NCBI GenBank assembly: GCA_025558095.1
Contig: JAIVFI010000019.1
Coordinates: 310,001-374,000, forward strand
Length of the DNA: 64,000 nucleotides
Direction of reading: 5' to 3'
DNA from: Hyaloraphidium curvatum SAG 235-1
Lineage: Eukaryota; Fungi; Monoblepharomycota
The notes beneath the pieces were generated by a model, which was not told where the DNA came from, ran no database searches, and was given only the letters and a program-made list of their open reading frames with translations. Of this stretch, positions 12,504 to 24,647 are shown piece after piece; within the stretch, counting starts at the first letter, position 1, and each line of letters opens with the position of its first letter. A program made the position numbers and the translations under genes.

Positions 12504-13325
12504 TCAGAACCCGTTCGTGTCCAACCACTCGTGTATCGCCTCGCACGCATGCTGCACCACCTCCTCGTCGCACACCCACCCCGGGCCGCCGTCGCCCTTC
12601 TCGAGCTCGAGGTAATCGCACTCGAGCCTCCCCGCCGCCACGTCCTCGTCGCTCGCCCTCCTCGCCTGCGGATCGGCGGCCGAAAACTCGGCGACCAGCA
12701 TCGGCATCCTGCTCTGCGGTTGCGGCTCGATGCGGTACGCCGAGCGGACGTCGCGGATGTGCTCCGGCGGGTCGACGAAGGCGGACAGGGGTAGTTGCGA
12801 TCCGGGCGGGGCTTCCGATGGGATCGAAGGGAACAGGTGCGCGTGCAGGTCCAGGAGGTTGTCCGACTTTTGCGCCATGGCGAATGCGTCCGGGTGGGAT
12901 TCGCGCACGGCGCGGAGGAGCTTCGGCAGCGATACCGAGGCAAAGGACGGCGAGATGAGGACGGCGGCCGAGGCCGGATGGCTCTCCAGGTAACGCGATG
13001 CGATGTTGCATCCGTAGCCCGTCGCCACGATGACGGGCGGGAACGCGGAGCGCGCGGTTCCGCGCACGGCTTCCGCGAGCTCGTATCCGAAATCAGGTGA
13101 AGGCTGCGGCGGCGCGGAGAGGGTCGGGTAGGCCGCGGTGCTCTCGTATCCCTTGGCCGCGAACCACGCCTGCAACCGCGAAAGAGGAAGCGCGAACGGC
13201 CCGCCCAGGAAAAGCAGCGGCCGCGGCTGAACGGCACCGCCCTCGGCGGCCCTGCCGACGACCCGCACGGGGCATCCGGCCCCGCCAGACGCGAATCCGC
13301 GCACAAAAGAGCGCAGAGAGTTCAT
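12504..13325 (-). CDS. Alpha/beta-hydrolase-fold protein, probably mitochondrial and catalytically degenerate
   Basis: Intronless. Presequence-like MNSLRSFVRGFAS, PLLFLGG, PPVIVATGYGCNIASRYLESHPASAAVLISP, MPMLVA. Confidence 0.6.
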   Translation of the reverse strand: MNSLRSFVRGFASGGAGCPVRVVGRAAEGGAVQPRPLLFLGGPFALPLSRLQAWFAAKGYESTAAYPTLSAPPQPSPDFGYELAEAVRGTARSAFPPVIVATGYGCNIASRYLESHPASAAVLISPSFASVSLPKLLRAVRESHPDAFAMAQKSDNLLDLHAHLFPSIPSEAPPGSQLPLSAFVDPPEHIRDVRSAYRIEPQPQSRMPMLVAEFSAADPQARRASDEDVAAGRLECDYLELEKGDGGPGWVCDEEVVQHACEAIHEWLDTNGF

Positions 13326-13729
13326 TCGGTGCCGTTTTTGCACCCCAGGAAGGCCCGATGCCTCGGGAATAAAATGTGTCGGCTCGGTCGACGTCACCCC
13401 ACCACGGTGTAATGGTGGAGCAACTTCCTATGAGCGACGACAGTGCGTACGAGACGCGGCGTCTCAATCTTGGATTCGCAAAGGCAGTGCACGCCCGATA
13501 GAGCGGGCGGGCACCATGGCAGAGAGGAATCCGAGTTTGCTTTTGCGGAAAAGTCCTTTTCGGCGCGCATTTGGGTCGAGCTGGGGTTAGAGCCGACAAA
13601 CATTGCCAGATCGCGGGCTTCTGGGGTAGAGAAGAATGCGCATGTCGTAGTCCCAATCAATACAGTCTGAGTATGCCTCCTAGTGTCTAGGTTTGCCGAT
13701 CCCCATCCATGCGGGGCCGCCGTCGCACC

Positions 13730-14888
13730 TCACGCCTGCTTCGCCCTCTTTGCCGAGCGCGGCTGCGCCTCTGCCAGCTGCCTCTTGAGAGCCGACGACA
13801 GCGGCAGCGGCACCTGCGGTGCCACGGCCGACAGCGAGGGAACCATGTCCAGGAGCTCGGCGCTCTCGGCCTGCAGCGGCGCGCCGACCGGCAGCGAGGC
13901 GATCGCGGCGTGGCTCGCGCGCGACACGGCCGGGAGGCCGGCAGCGGATGCTGCGAGCGACGAGTCGACCCAGGCCACGCCATTGTCCTCGTACAGCTCG
14001 CGCAGGGACCGGTAGCGGCCCGCGGAGCCCTCCATCTGCCTGGCGGCGATGCCGCGGAGCCACTTGATCTCGATCTCCATCTCCTTGGTGCGGCGCTCCA
14101 GGGCCTCGAGCTTGGCCACCGAGTCCTGGGCGGTCTGCTGCAGTTGCATGTCGCGCAGCTTTTTCTTGGCGCGGAAGCGCGCGGAGGCGGCGTTGTTGCG
14201 CTGCCGCTTGTCGGTCTCGGGGTCCAGCAGGCCGCTCGCGTCGTCGCCGTCGTACGAGTCTCCCGAGGTGTCGAATCTGTGCACGGGGGACGTTCGGGGT
14301 CAGCCGGATGCAGGGGTGCGCAATCTGCGAGACAACGCACCCGAAAGCGCCGTAGGCGTCGTCTACGGGCGTGGGCTGCGCCGGAGGCAGGCCAAAGTCG
14401 GGGGCGGACCCCTGTGCGACGTTGGCCAGGAGCTGCGTGTATAGCGCCAGCACCTCGGGGGTGAAGCCGCCGACGTCAGGCAGGGCAGCCAGCGCGGCAT
14501 CCGGCACGGGGCCGGGCAGCGCCTGCTGCGGGGCGGCGAGCGGCGGCTGGGGGATCACGAGCGGCACGATCTGGCCGCGGGCGGCGGCGGCGGATGCCTT
14601 GCTGCCCTGGCCCTTCTTTGCCAGCTGCGCCCGGGCCGTGGCGGGGGTGGCGGCGATGCGGTTGGGGCCGACGGTGGCCGACTTGGGCAGCGCCCCCGAT
14701 GTGGCGACGATGCGCGACAGCTCCTCGTAGTGCAGCTGGCGCGGGTCGGGCAGCGGCGCCGGCGCGTCGGCGTCCTCGAAGGTGAAGGGGATGTTGAGGA
14801 ACGCATCGAAGGCGTCCTCCTCCGGCGTCGGCGCCGCGACGGCGGGAGCGTTCAAAAAGGAGATGATGTCGCTCGGCGTGAACGACAT
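13730..14888 (-). CDS. bZIP transcription factor, MetR/CYS-3-like
   Basis: DKRQRNNAASARFRAKKKLR basic region plus zipper ending EIKWLRG; intron 14277-14340. Confidence 0.85.
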
Positions 14889-15302
14889 GGCGGATGGCGG
14901 GGGGGGGGGCGGGGGGCGGGGCACGGAGGGCGGTGCGGGCCGCGCGGAATCCGCCGGGGGGCGCGCCGCGGGCGGGCGCGCGCCGGTCCGGCTGCGGGAG
15001 AGGGGCGCGCGCGCGGGGCGGCGAGGGGCAGGGGCCGCGGATGCGCGGGGGGCGGGCTTTGTTGCGTTGGGTGAACCGAATCGGCCGCGGCAGCCGAGTC
15101 GACCCGCACGATCACCCGCTCCGTTCGCCACTAGCCGGCCGGTTTGCAAATCAGCACGGACCCCCCCGCGCAGCACCGGAATCGCCGCGAAATTGACGGG
15201 ACATTCGGAATAACACTCAAATGCAGGCGCTGGCCACCGGATGGACCGTCCTAGGTCACAATCGTCGCATGTGATCATCACTCAATACACCTGGACTGGC
15301 CA

Positions 15303-16542
15303 TCAACGGCCAAAAGTACCCCGGTACAGAGGTGCCAGCTCCTGGTCCGAGTCGTTCTTGCTGTAGATCGAGCGGATGGCTTCCGTCTGCCCCGCGATCT
15401 TCCTGCTCACGTCGTCCATACGAAGGCTGGGGAGAACCATATTAATGTTGGAGACCTTCTTGGTCTGGAGCGCCAGTCCGGGCAGGATGTCCTCGCCCTC
15501 GTCCCGTTTCCGCTTCTTCTCCTTGTCGCGCCGCCGCTGGCGCTCCTCGTCCGAGATCTCCTCCCCGGAGCCGCCGGAGGTGCCAACGCCCGAGTCCGCG
15601 GGCGCCTCGTTGCCGCCATCGGCGGGCTTGACGGCGCTTTTGTCCTTCTTGCCCGCCTTTTCGGCCTTCTCGGCCTTTCTCCGCGCCTTGCGCTCCGCCT
15701 CCTCCTCGGCACGCTTCGCCTTTCGCCGCGCCATCCGCTCCTTCAGCCGCTCGACCTCTTCCTCCTTCTCCGAGTTGATCGGCACCACGTCCTCCTCCGC
15801 GAATTCCGCGCCGCACTCGGCGCACTGGTGACCCCCGAGCTCCCTGAGCGCCTGCTCCGAGAAGGCGTGCCCGCACGGCAGGTGGCTGAAGCGCAGGCGC
15901 CCGTTCATCTCGCGCATCGAGACGGGGCAGATGAAGCGGGGGACGTGCACGGCGTCGTTCTTGGTCGAGGAGAGGATGGCGGGGGCGGAGGCGGGGGAGG
16001 GGTTCTCGGTCAGCTGGAGCTGCGTGACGTCCTGCAAAAAGGGGGAGGAGGGTCAGTATGCTTGTCAATACGATGCTAGGCTCAGCAAGGAGAGGAAGTT
16101 CGGCCATAGATCCGGGGCAGAGGCGGTGCAGGACAGCCTCCCGTGCCCGTGCGGCGCCGATGCCCCGTACCGCAGTCTCCCGGCCCGAAACCCCTGCTGC
16201 CCGCCCAACAAAAGGCCCAACACCGACCTTGAGGCTCTCGATGTGCTTCGCCACGGCCTCGGCGTCGCCGAACGCCTTCCTGTCGATGAGCAGCCGGAGC
16301 ACGGCCTCCTTGTTGTACAGCCGCCCCAGGTCGTCCGCGACCACCGGCGGCGCCAGCGGCTCCTTCGACAGGGCGCAGAAGAACCAGCGCTGGCCGCGCT
16401 CGAGCCCGGCGTCCTTCTGTTCCGGCTTTTTGGCGAGCTTGACGAGCTCGATGCGCTTCTGGATTGTGCCGCCGTCGCAGCTGTGAACGGGGGGGCGGTC
16501 AGCGCGGGCAAGGCAGGGAGCGGAGAAAGCGTCTTACCCCAT
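15303..16542 (-). CDS. RTF2: Replication termination factor 2
   Basis: MGCDGGTIQKRIELVK (first coding exon ATGGG), WFFCALS, DDLGRLYNKEAVL, FICPVS..EMNG..RF, CGHAFSE, CAECG. Confidence 0.93.
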
Positions 16543-16985
16543 CGTGGAGGCGGCGGGAGGGAGGGAGGGAGGGGTGCCGGGAGAGCTGCACGTGGCAAGC
16601 GCACAGCTGGACCTTCATCAGCTGAGTTTTCACCCCAGCACTTCGCACGTCTTCCAAGATCGCAAGAAAATCGCATCTCCTTCGCTTGTCTTCGTCTTGA
16701 GAGTTCTTCCCATCTCAAGTCGTGGCCTCTGTCTGAGAGTCCGAGATCGGGTGCTGCGCACTGGGGCGAGAAGCGTGGCTCCGTGCAAGGACCAATCAAA
16801 GTCCTTGGAATCATTTAGGAAAAGCAATTCAATCGCGTGTCCGCACCTCCCTTTTCTCCACGAGGCTCGAAAGCCCCTGAAAGGACGTGGGGGACGGTCC
16901 GTGACTGATCGTGACGCAGCCGGCGCCGCCCGCTGCGGAATCCCGCGTGACAGCAACCCGCGTCTTCCGGGCATTCCAGCCCGCA

Positions 16986-19288
16986 ATGCGTCCCGCGCTG
17001 CGGCAAATCTCGTCCGCACTCCGCCGGGCATGCCCCCAGCGGCTCCCGGCGGGCCGCCTGCGCGGGATGGCCACGACGAGGGCACACCTCGCGTCGCCCG
17101 ACCCCCCGCGGCACAAGCGCGAGGACGGGACGGTGCTCTCCGAGGTCTCGGGCGTGCGCCACCCTGCCCTCATTGAAGACAGTCGGTGTTTCGGGGCGCG
17201 ATCGGCCTTGGAGGGAGTTTGACGGACGTCCCCCACCCTCGTCCCGAATGCCACATGTCGCGCTGCCCCATTCGTCGCAACCAGCCATCGGAGATTACTT
17301 CGAGGCCATCGTGGACAAGTATGGCGACCGGACCGGCCTCGTTTGCAAGGCGGAAGGCAACCTCCGGTGGACGTGGGTGCTCCGGGGACCGGGGGAGCCG
17401 CCGCATGGCACTCAACCTCCTTTTCTTCCCATCCTCTTTGTTTCCAGGTACCGTGAGTACGACGAGAACGTCAACGCACTTGCAAAAGGCCTGCACGCGC
17501 TCGGATTGAGGAAGGGAGACCGCGTGGGCGTATATATGCCCAATAACAGCGCCTACGCTTCGCTCCAGTACGCCACGGCGAAGCTGGGGCTGATACTGGT
17601 CACCATCAACCCGGCGTTTCGTGGCCCGGAGCTGGAAAACGCCCTACGCCACGTCGGGTGCCGTGCGCTCTTCATCCAGCCCCACTTCAAGACGACGGAC
17701 TACATCAGCATGCTCACTTCCCTGGCGCCGGAGCTCATTTCGTGCCAGCCTGGCGCGCTGATGAACGAGCGGATGCCGGACCTTCGCACGGTGGTCATGT
17801 GGGACCACTCCGAGCTGGGATACGACTGGAAGACGGCACCGAAAGGCGTGCTGCGCTACGACGACATCCTGCACTTCGAGGCCATGGCCAAGGACCCGAT
17901 CAAGTCGGCCAAGAAGTACCTCAGCAACCGCGACATCGTCAACCTGCAGTTCACCAGCGGGACTACGGGTCCGTGCGCCCCGCTCTAGCGCGTCCTTAGA
18001 TCTCATTCTTCTTTGCAGGGCGGCCTAAGGGTGTCTCGCTCTCCCATCGGAATCTGATCAACAACGGCTACATCATCGGCGAGAACATGCAGCTGACGCC
18101 CGAGGACAAGGTCGTGATTCCGGTTCCCCTCTTGTGAGGCGTTTGCCCGTGGATCCAAGAGTCCCCAGGCTGACATTGTCCTCCCAGCCACTGCTTCGGC
18201 CTGGTGCTCGGCGCCCTCGCGGCCATGACGCATGGCAGCGCCAACATCTTCCCTGCCCAAGGCTTCGACGCCCTTGCCACGCTCCGCGCCGTGCACGAGG
18301 AGAAGGCGACCGCATGCCACGGCGTCCCCACGATGTGGGTGGAGATGCTCAACCGGCCCGAGTTTTCGCAGTTAGACCTGTCGAAGCTGCGAACGGGAAT
18401 CATGGCGGGGAGCGTGTGCCCCATGGAGGTCATGACCCAGGTCCGGGACAAGATGAACGTCCGCGATATTACGATCTGCTACGGAATGAGTGGGTGTCAA
18501 CTTCATTGTTTTGCGCTCAGGAGCTCATCGCGCGTTGTACGAAAGCCGAGACCTCGCCCGTCAGCTTCCAGACGGGACTCGACTCGCCGATCCAGAAGCG
18601 GGTCGAAACCGTCGGCCGGGTGGTGCCGCACGTCGATGCCAAGATCATCGACCCTGCGACCGGCGAGTCGGTCCCCGTCAACACCCCCGGCGAGCTCCTG
18701 TCGCGGGGATACATAGTCATGGAGGGGGGCTACTGGGGAGAGCCCGAGCAGACGGCGAAAGCCGTCGATCCCGAGGGCTACATGCACACAGGGGACTTGG
18801 CGGTCATGGACGAGGAGGGCTACGTGCGCATCGTCGGGCGGCTGAAGGACTTGATCATCGTGAGTGCACCTGGCTCAAGGTGACCGACGATCGGAAATTG
18901 ACTTGCCTGCTCCGCGCTTCCACAGCGGGGTGGCGAAAACATTGCGCCCACCGACATCGAGAATGCCATCTTCCCGCACCCCCAGGTGGCAAACGTCACC
19001 GTGGTCGGAGTGCCTGACGAGCGGCTGGGCGAGGCCATCTGCGCGTGGATTATCCCCAAACCCGGCGTCAGAACGGGAATGGCGCACTCGGACGATCCGG
19101 AGGTCCTCACGCCGGACTCGATCCGCGAGTTCCTGCGCGAGCGCATCGCGCACTACAAGATCCCGCGCTACTTCTCCTTCGTGGACTCGTTCCCTTTGAC
19201 CCCTTCCGGGAAAATCAAGAAGCACGAGGTGCGGGACGCGGCGATCCAGAATCTGCAGGTGGTCAAGACGCACATCGAGCAGCATTGA
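16986..19288 (+). CDS. ACSF2: Mitochondrial acyl-CoA synthetase (ACSF2-like AMP-binding enzyme)
   Basis: Arg-rich presequence, [58 protein letters not shown]. Confidence 0.9.
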
Positions 19289-19385
19289 TTACCTAGTGCC
19301 ATCATGTAGCCTTTGGATGAAGATACCGTGGTGCGCTGACGCCTCAGCAGCATTGATTCCCTAGTGCCATGTAGCCTTTTGATGA
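19278..19385 (+). repeat. Imperfect direct repeat of about 40 bp spanning the ACSF2 stop codon
   Basis: agcagcattgattacctagtgccatcatgtagcctttggatga (19278-19320) versus agcagcattgattccctagtgccatgtagccttttgatga (19346-19385). Confidence 0.9.
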
Positions 19386-19463
19386 GCGAGCCTGGATGAA
19401 CGCCTCGGAGCAGAAATGGGACGACCGTCGCGTCGCAACGCGGTTGACTCGTAGAAACGCGAC

Positions 19464-21669
19464 ATGGCGTTCACGCCGCGTACGCCGCGGCAGACGCCGT
19501 ACTACTCGGCCTTTCCGCAGTCTCCCGGCGGAACCGGTGGAACCGAGGAGGCTCCGTGGTCGGCGGCGGTCTACGCGCCGTTTCCCGCCAGCGCTTCCGC
19601 TGTCACCCTGGCCGAGCTGCACGGGGAACTGCTGACCGTCTCGTCGGACGAAGCGGCCAGCAACGATGCGGACATCAAGAGGGCCGACGAGATGGCCCTC
19701 AACCGCTTCGTGGCCAGCGGAGGCGTGCTCTACCCGCACATCCAACTCCCGACGCGCATCGATACCGAGGCCCGTCCGCCACCGGACTGGGTGACGCCGG
19801 AGGAGGCGCGTGCCAAGGATGGAACGCTCGTGGATCCTATGCTGGAGTTTTCGCCTGCCGACGCGCAGGAATATGCCGACCGGCCAGCCCCAAAGGCGAA
19901 GCCGCCACCGGCGGGTTCCGGGGCCAACGTCGACATCTTCAAGTCATCAGCGAACGGAGCCGGTGCGGTGGTGACAAAGCGGCACACACCTGGCGGCAGT
20001 GCTGGCTTTAGCGGACTTCTACCAACGAGCCTGGAGGCTCTCTTCGCCAACCTCTTGCAGACCTTCAACGACAGAGTGAACGGCTGGCAAGTGCTCTCAT
20101 CCTGGTGAAAAGTTACACATTCCCATCATCCGTTCGTCGCCAGGTCGTTTTCTGCGAGAGACTACGTCAAGAGCCGCGCGGAACCTTTGCGCACCGGGAT
20201 AACCACCACAGCTGAACAGTACCGCGTCGCCGGCGTCGCCAACTATCTCTTTGGTCTGGCGTGGCGATCGGCCGAAGCGGTTGTGGAGGTCGTCATTCCC
20301 GCTGTCTTCCCTGGTGGTTCTTCGCCACAGGTGAAAGCGATCGTCTCTGCGCGCAGCTCACCGGTGTTAACTGTTCACTCCCACAGGCGCGTCTGTATCA
20401 CAAGCAGCTGCTGGCCGGCATGTCCGCAATGCCAGTGCCGCTGCAGGCGTGGCATCCGACTCAGCACCTCGTTGCGTTCCTCCACAGCAGCGGTCAACGT
20501 ATTTTTCTTCATTCGCTTTCTCCTAAACTCTGTGCGTGGATACCCCCGAACTGCGGCTTCAGCCATCCTTTGCAGACGGACGTCACGGCGCTTGAGTGGC
20601 GCCCCATGCGAGGGGGTGAGCTAGCTGTCGCGTGCCGGGACGGCGTGCTCTTGTGGCTGCTTGCTCCGACGATTTCTTCTGCGCTCGCGGCCGATCCTGC
20701 ACGGCAACCGGCTCAGAAATCTTCTCCGCCATCCGTGCGCATCTTTGTCTCCCCTGCAATGACCATCCTGACGTCACTGGCCTTCAGCCCCTCGGGCACT
20801 TTGCTCGCCGTCGGTGGAACGGAATCCCAGACGGGCCCTTCGGACGCTCTTTGCGTTTGGGACTTGGACATTGGCAGCTACAGCATGGTCGGAGGAGGAC
20901 TCGGTGGCGGAACCGCGGCGCGCGGGCTCGCTTGGTCTGCGGATGGGCTCGTCCTTGTCCAGGCCTGCACCACCCCAGTCATCCGCATCTTTGAAACGAA
21001 GAGCTGGACCCACAAGACCGTGCGGCTTGATTCGCCCTGCGTCTCGCTGGCTATCGCGCCCGACAGCCGCACGGTTCTTTATTCGACGAGCGGGTGGCCG
21101 GCGATCCAATTGATCGCCCTTCGCGGCGCCGGTTCCACGGACTTCAAGGTGCTCGAGGATCGGGGCTTGTCATTGGAGCGTCGAATTGGACGGAGGGGCG
21201 GGAAGGATGTTGTGTGGGTTCGCTCGGTGATAATGGGCTGGCTATCGTTCTGACCTCGATCGCAGTATCGGCGGCCCTGTGAAGCAGTTTGCGATCGATC
21301 CCAAGGGCGAACGCATGGCCGTGTTCTTTGAGCCTGTTGCCCAAAGCAGGTCTGGCAACGGAGCCACGGACGTTGCCCCAGGTAGCGAGCTCGTCCTGCT
21401 CTACGCCCTGCGGAGGCGCACGTTGGGGCTCGAGTTTGCCCAGCTGTGAGTTCTCTGCGCTGTCCTCGATGCTTCGAAGTGCACTGACGCCGATATGTGA
21501 CTGCAGGGGGTATATCTTGGCCGATCGCGTGGACCAGGATCCTTTCGCCTCGCGGGCGCCTGCCCTGCCCTCATCCCTCGCCTTCGCGCGCCAGTTTGCC
21601 CGCGGGGCGCTCCTGTCTATACCGTGGTCTAGCGGGAAAGTATCCATGATTCCCTTGATGTTTTCCTGA
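19464..21669 (+). CDS. AAAS: Aladin-like WD40 nucleoporin
   Basis: N-terminal VTLAELHGEL, AWHP, HPLQTDVTALEWRPMRGGELAVACRDGVLLW, DPKGERMAV, C-terminal LSIPWSSGKVSMIPLMF. Confidence 0.8.
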
Positions 21670-21755
21670 TGTACTCGGACGCGAAAGACGAACGGAAGAC
21701 GAGGCCGCCCCGTGGACCATCATCAGGTAGAAGCAATACCCCACAATCACTTCCA

Positions 21756-22691
21756 ATGGCGTCGCGATCCATCGCCGCATCGCGATGGCTCTTTGCGCGA
21801 CCGCTGTGCTCCAGACCTGCTCGTCCGACCGCCGCACCCGCGGCGTCGCGCCGGTTCGGGAGCACGCCGCGCGTCCTCGGCCTGGACGAGTTCTTCGACT
21901 CGCCGCAAGGCTGGCTCTGGCACAAGGACCTGGTCAATTTTGGTGGGCAGTAATCGCTTTCCGAACCTCTTCCGTGTGCTTACGGCTGCGTTCCCGACGC
22001 GATGCTCGTCGCTAGGTCGCGGGTGGACGCACGGGGAGCTGAGGCGCAAATCGTTCGAGGACCTCCACAAGCTGTGGTTCGTGTGCCTCAAGGAACGGAA
22101 TCGGCTGGCGAGCCAGAAGGACGAGGCGAGGAGGTTCGGGAAGAGCGTGCCGGATAGAAACGCCGCCAGGGACAAGGCGGTGGGTTCAGACTGGCGCCAT
22201 AGCCTGGCGTCGCTCACCTCTGTCCTTTATAGGCGCGGAAGACCATGGCGGGCATCAAACTGGTGCTCTGGGAGCGGTATCTTACCTACAAGGACATGCG
22301 CTCGGTTTTCGACAAGGCGGCGGCAATCGACGCCGCCGCCGCGGGCGGCTCTACGGTGGTGGACCCGGACGTCGCAACAACCGTGGAACGGCGACTAAAG
22401 TCCTACGAGGAGAGGGAGAAGCGGCAAAAGTACGCCGATATGGGTCTGGCGGACCAGCTGCCGAGGAAGCCGAAGCTGTTGCCGAAGCGCACACGGAAGG
22501 AGAGGCTGGGACCCGTTCTCATCGACGTTGACTTGGTGATCAAGAGGGCAAAGAAAGCGGGATTTGGGGGCGTCACTTCGGATAAGTCGTTGCTGTCGGA
22601 GGCGGTAGCGCAGAGCGCCGATGGGACCGAGGGCGAGTCAGAGGAAAATGCAGCACCGGCACCCGAGGAGATGCCGACGAAGCCAAGATAG
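21756..22691 (+). CDS. MRPL47: Mitochondrial ribosomal protein uL29m (MRPL47/MRPL4)
   Basis: GLDEFFD, GRGWTHGELRRKSFEDLHKLWFVCLKERNRL, TMAGIKLVLWER; two introns. Confidence 0.93.
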
Positions 22692-22729
22692 AGCTCAATT
22701 AGACGAAGATCTAGGTCGAGGAGCCTGAA

Positions 22730-23584
22730 TCACTTTGCGAATTTGTCGCTCTTCATCTTCACCCTGCGATCAAGCAGTGCCTCGTTCAGCTTGCCCTCCT
22801 TCTTTGCTTCTCGCAGCTCTCCAACGCCACCGGAAGGCAATTTCAGACGACCCATGCCCCACGCATGCCTCTGTTTGCTGCGATCCCCAAATCAATCGTC
22901 AGCAGCTAGTCACTGACATCCAAAACAGAGCACCACCCACATAGTCTCTTCCTCCAGCGCGGCGAGGTCCTCCTTCTCGGCGGCCGCCTTCTTCTTCTTG
23001 TTTGCCGCACGATTTTGGGCTTGGCACCTGATCCTCCAAACCTCGGCGAAGCCGACCGAGTCCGAGTCTGCGCGCACCGCGCCGCCTCCCCGCGGGGCAG
23101 CGTCCTTGTCCGCCTTCAGGAAGTTGCCGTACACGTTCTGCAGCGCGAATCCGTCCTCCCGCACGACCAGGGTCCATTCCTCCGTGGGCCCTACGGCCTC
23201 GCGCTCCGCGGCCACGATGCCGAATTTGTCTGAGCCCAGGTGCAGCCCCGTCGGCGTCTTGAACGCCAGCGCCGAGCGCAGCGGGTCCACGCGCTTCGCG
23301 ACGAAAACGTCTGCCACCGTGTCGGGCTCCGCGGCGCCGATCGGCACGTCCGGGTCCATCTTCCGCAGGGAAACGAGCGACGAGTCCGCCGACGAGCACA
23401 GGAACGACGGCGGGTCCGTTGCAGAGGTGAGCAGGATCACCGGGCCCGACACGTCGTCCAGCGACGTCGCGTCGATCCAGCCCTCGAGCGGCTCGTCGGC
23501 CTCGTGCTCGGCAGGGTTCTTTCGCTTCTTCTTGGGCTTCGAGGCCGCCTTGTCACCCTTGAAACTCAGCTTCGTGGTCTTCAT
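22730..23584 (-). CDS. FRG1: FRG1-like protein
   Basis: KLSFKGDK..KKKRK, AEP..VADVFV, AFKTPTG.HLGSDKFG, REAVGPTEEW, IRCQA, spliced C-terminus AKKEGKLNEALLDRRVKMKSDKF. Confidence 0.93.
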
Positions 23585-23769
23585 TGGCTACTACCCTAAG
23601 AGGAGAGGAGGAGAGGAGGAGAGAGGAGAGTAGGAGAAAGGGCTCCTCACTCCAAGCCCGCCGATCATCCGTCCCTTCCATCGTCCGCGTGAGTGCCGCA
23701 AGCTGCGGAATGGCGGATGCGGAAAACGAAGAGGAGGATGTCACCTTCACCCGCCGTCTCCATACTCAT

Positions 23770-23799
23770 TCGGGCCCGGAATGGTCGGGCCCGGAATGG
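23770..23799. repeat. Two-copy 15-bp tandem repeat (tcgggcccggaatgg)
   Basis: Directly visible between the FRG1 start and the eIF1A-like stop. Confidence 0.8.
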
Positions 23800-23862
23800 G
23801 CGCCGACACCTTCGAACGCCGGACCAACATCGTAACGCCAAGCTGTACCCCGCTTGTATTAT

Positions 23863-24343
23863 CTAGAACGTGCTCGCGTTTTCTTCCTTTTCCGGCACAC
23901 TAGCACCGTGCTCTTGCATATGCTTGAGCATGTCCGCGGGCACATCATAGCCCTCCGAATCCCCGGCCAGCTTTCTCGCCTCGTCCCCGCTGTACGCGTG
24001 CAGCACCGCCCCTTTCTTGCTGTCCTGGTAGTTGTAGCCAATGAGCACGTACGTCCCTTGCGAGATCTGTGAGCTCTTTGCATGCTGGGTGAGGTTGCAA
24101 ATGCGCTCCCATGGCCCGACACGCGAGAGTTTGCCGAAGCATTTGACTTTGTACCGCGGGCTGCCTCCCTTGTCGGGTACCGCCCCAGTGACGACAGCGT
24201 ATTGCTGGTCGTCTTTCGTCCGAGTCAGCATTTTGGTTCAGACCAACATGAACGGCAGTCACGGCGCGAGACAGCCGCTACTCCCCCGCCGCATACGATA
24301 GCGCGCCGCTGTGCTCGTCTCAGCGTGCTCCTCGTACACCGCT
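23863..24343 (-). CDS. Divergent eIF1A-like OB-fold protein (5' end uncertain)
   Basis: DQQYAVVT..RYKVKCFG..ERICNL..ISQGTYVLIG..YQDSKKGAVLHAYSGDEARKL aligns by eye with eIF1A GQEYAQV..CFDG..RLCHI..INQGDIILV..YQD.KADVILKY..DEAR.L. A probable intron (~24214-24297) links an upstream exon. Confidence 0.7.
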
Positions 24344-24647
24344 ATAAGCGAGGAAAAATCCAAAGCATCCGGAGCATGACGGCGGATCGCACGTCGTGAA
24401 CGGTGTCAACACTCAACGTGGACTGCGCATTGCGCCCGGACCATCATGATCTGGTGGCGATGTACTGTCGACCCATTGTTATCGCTTGAACAGAATGCAT
24501 GATGAAAGGGTCGTCCGACCATTTTGCTGGACTTGCATGGCTGCACGATCGTCCGCGAGGGCTGAGGAGGTTTGGGTCGTCAGTGCCTCAGAGGCCCTAG
24601 TCGACTCGATCATTTCCTTCCTCGCAAACTCCCCCTTCGGTTCCGCG

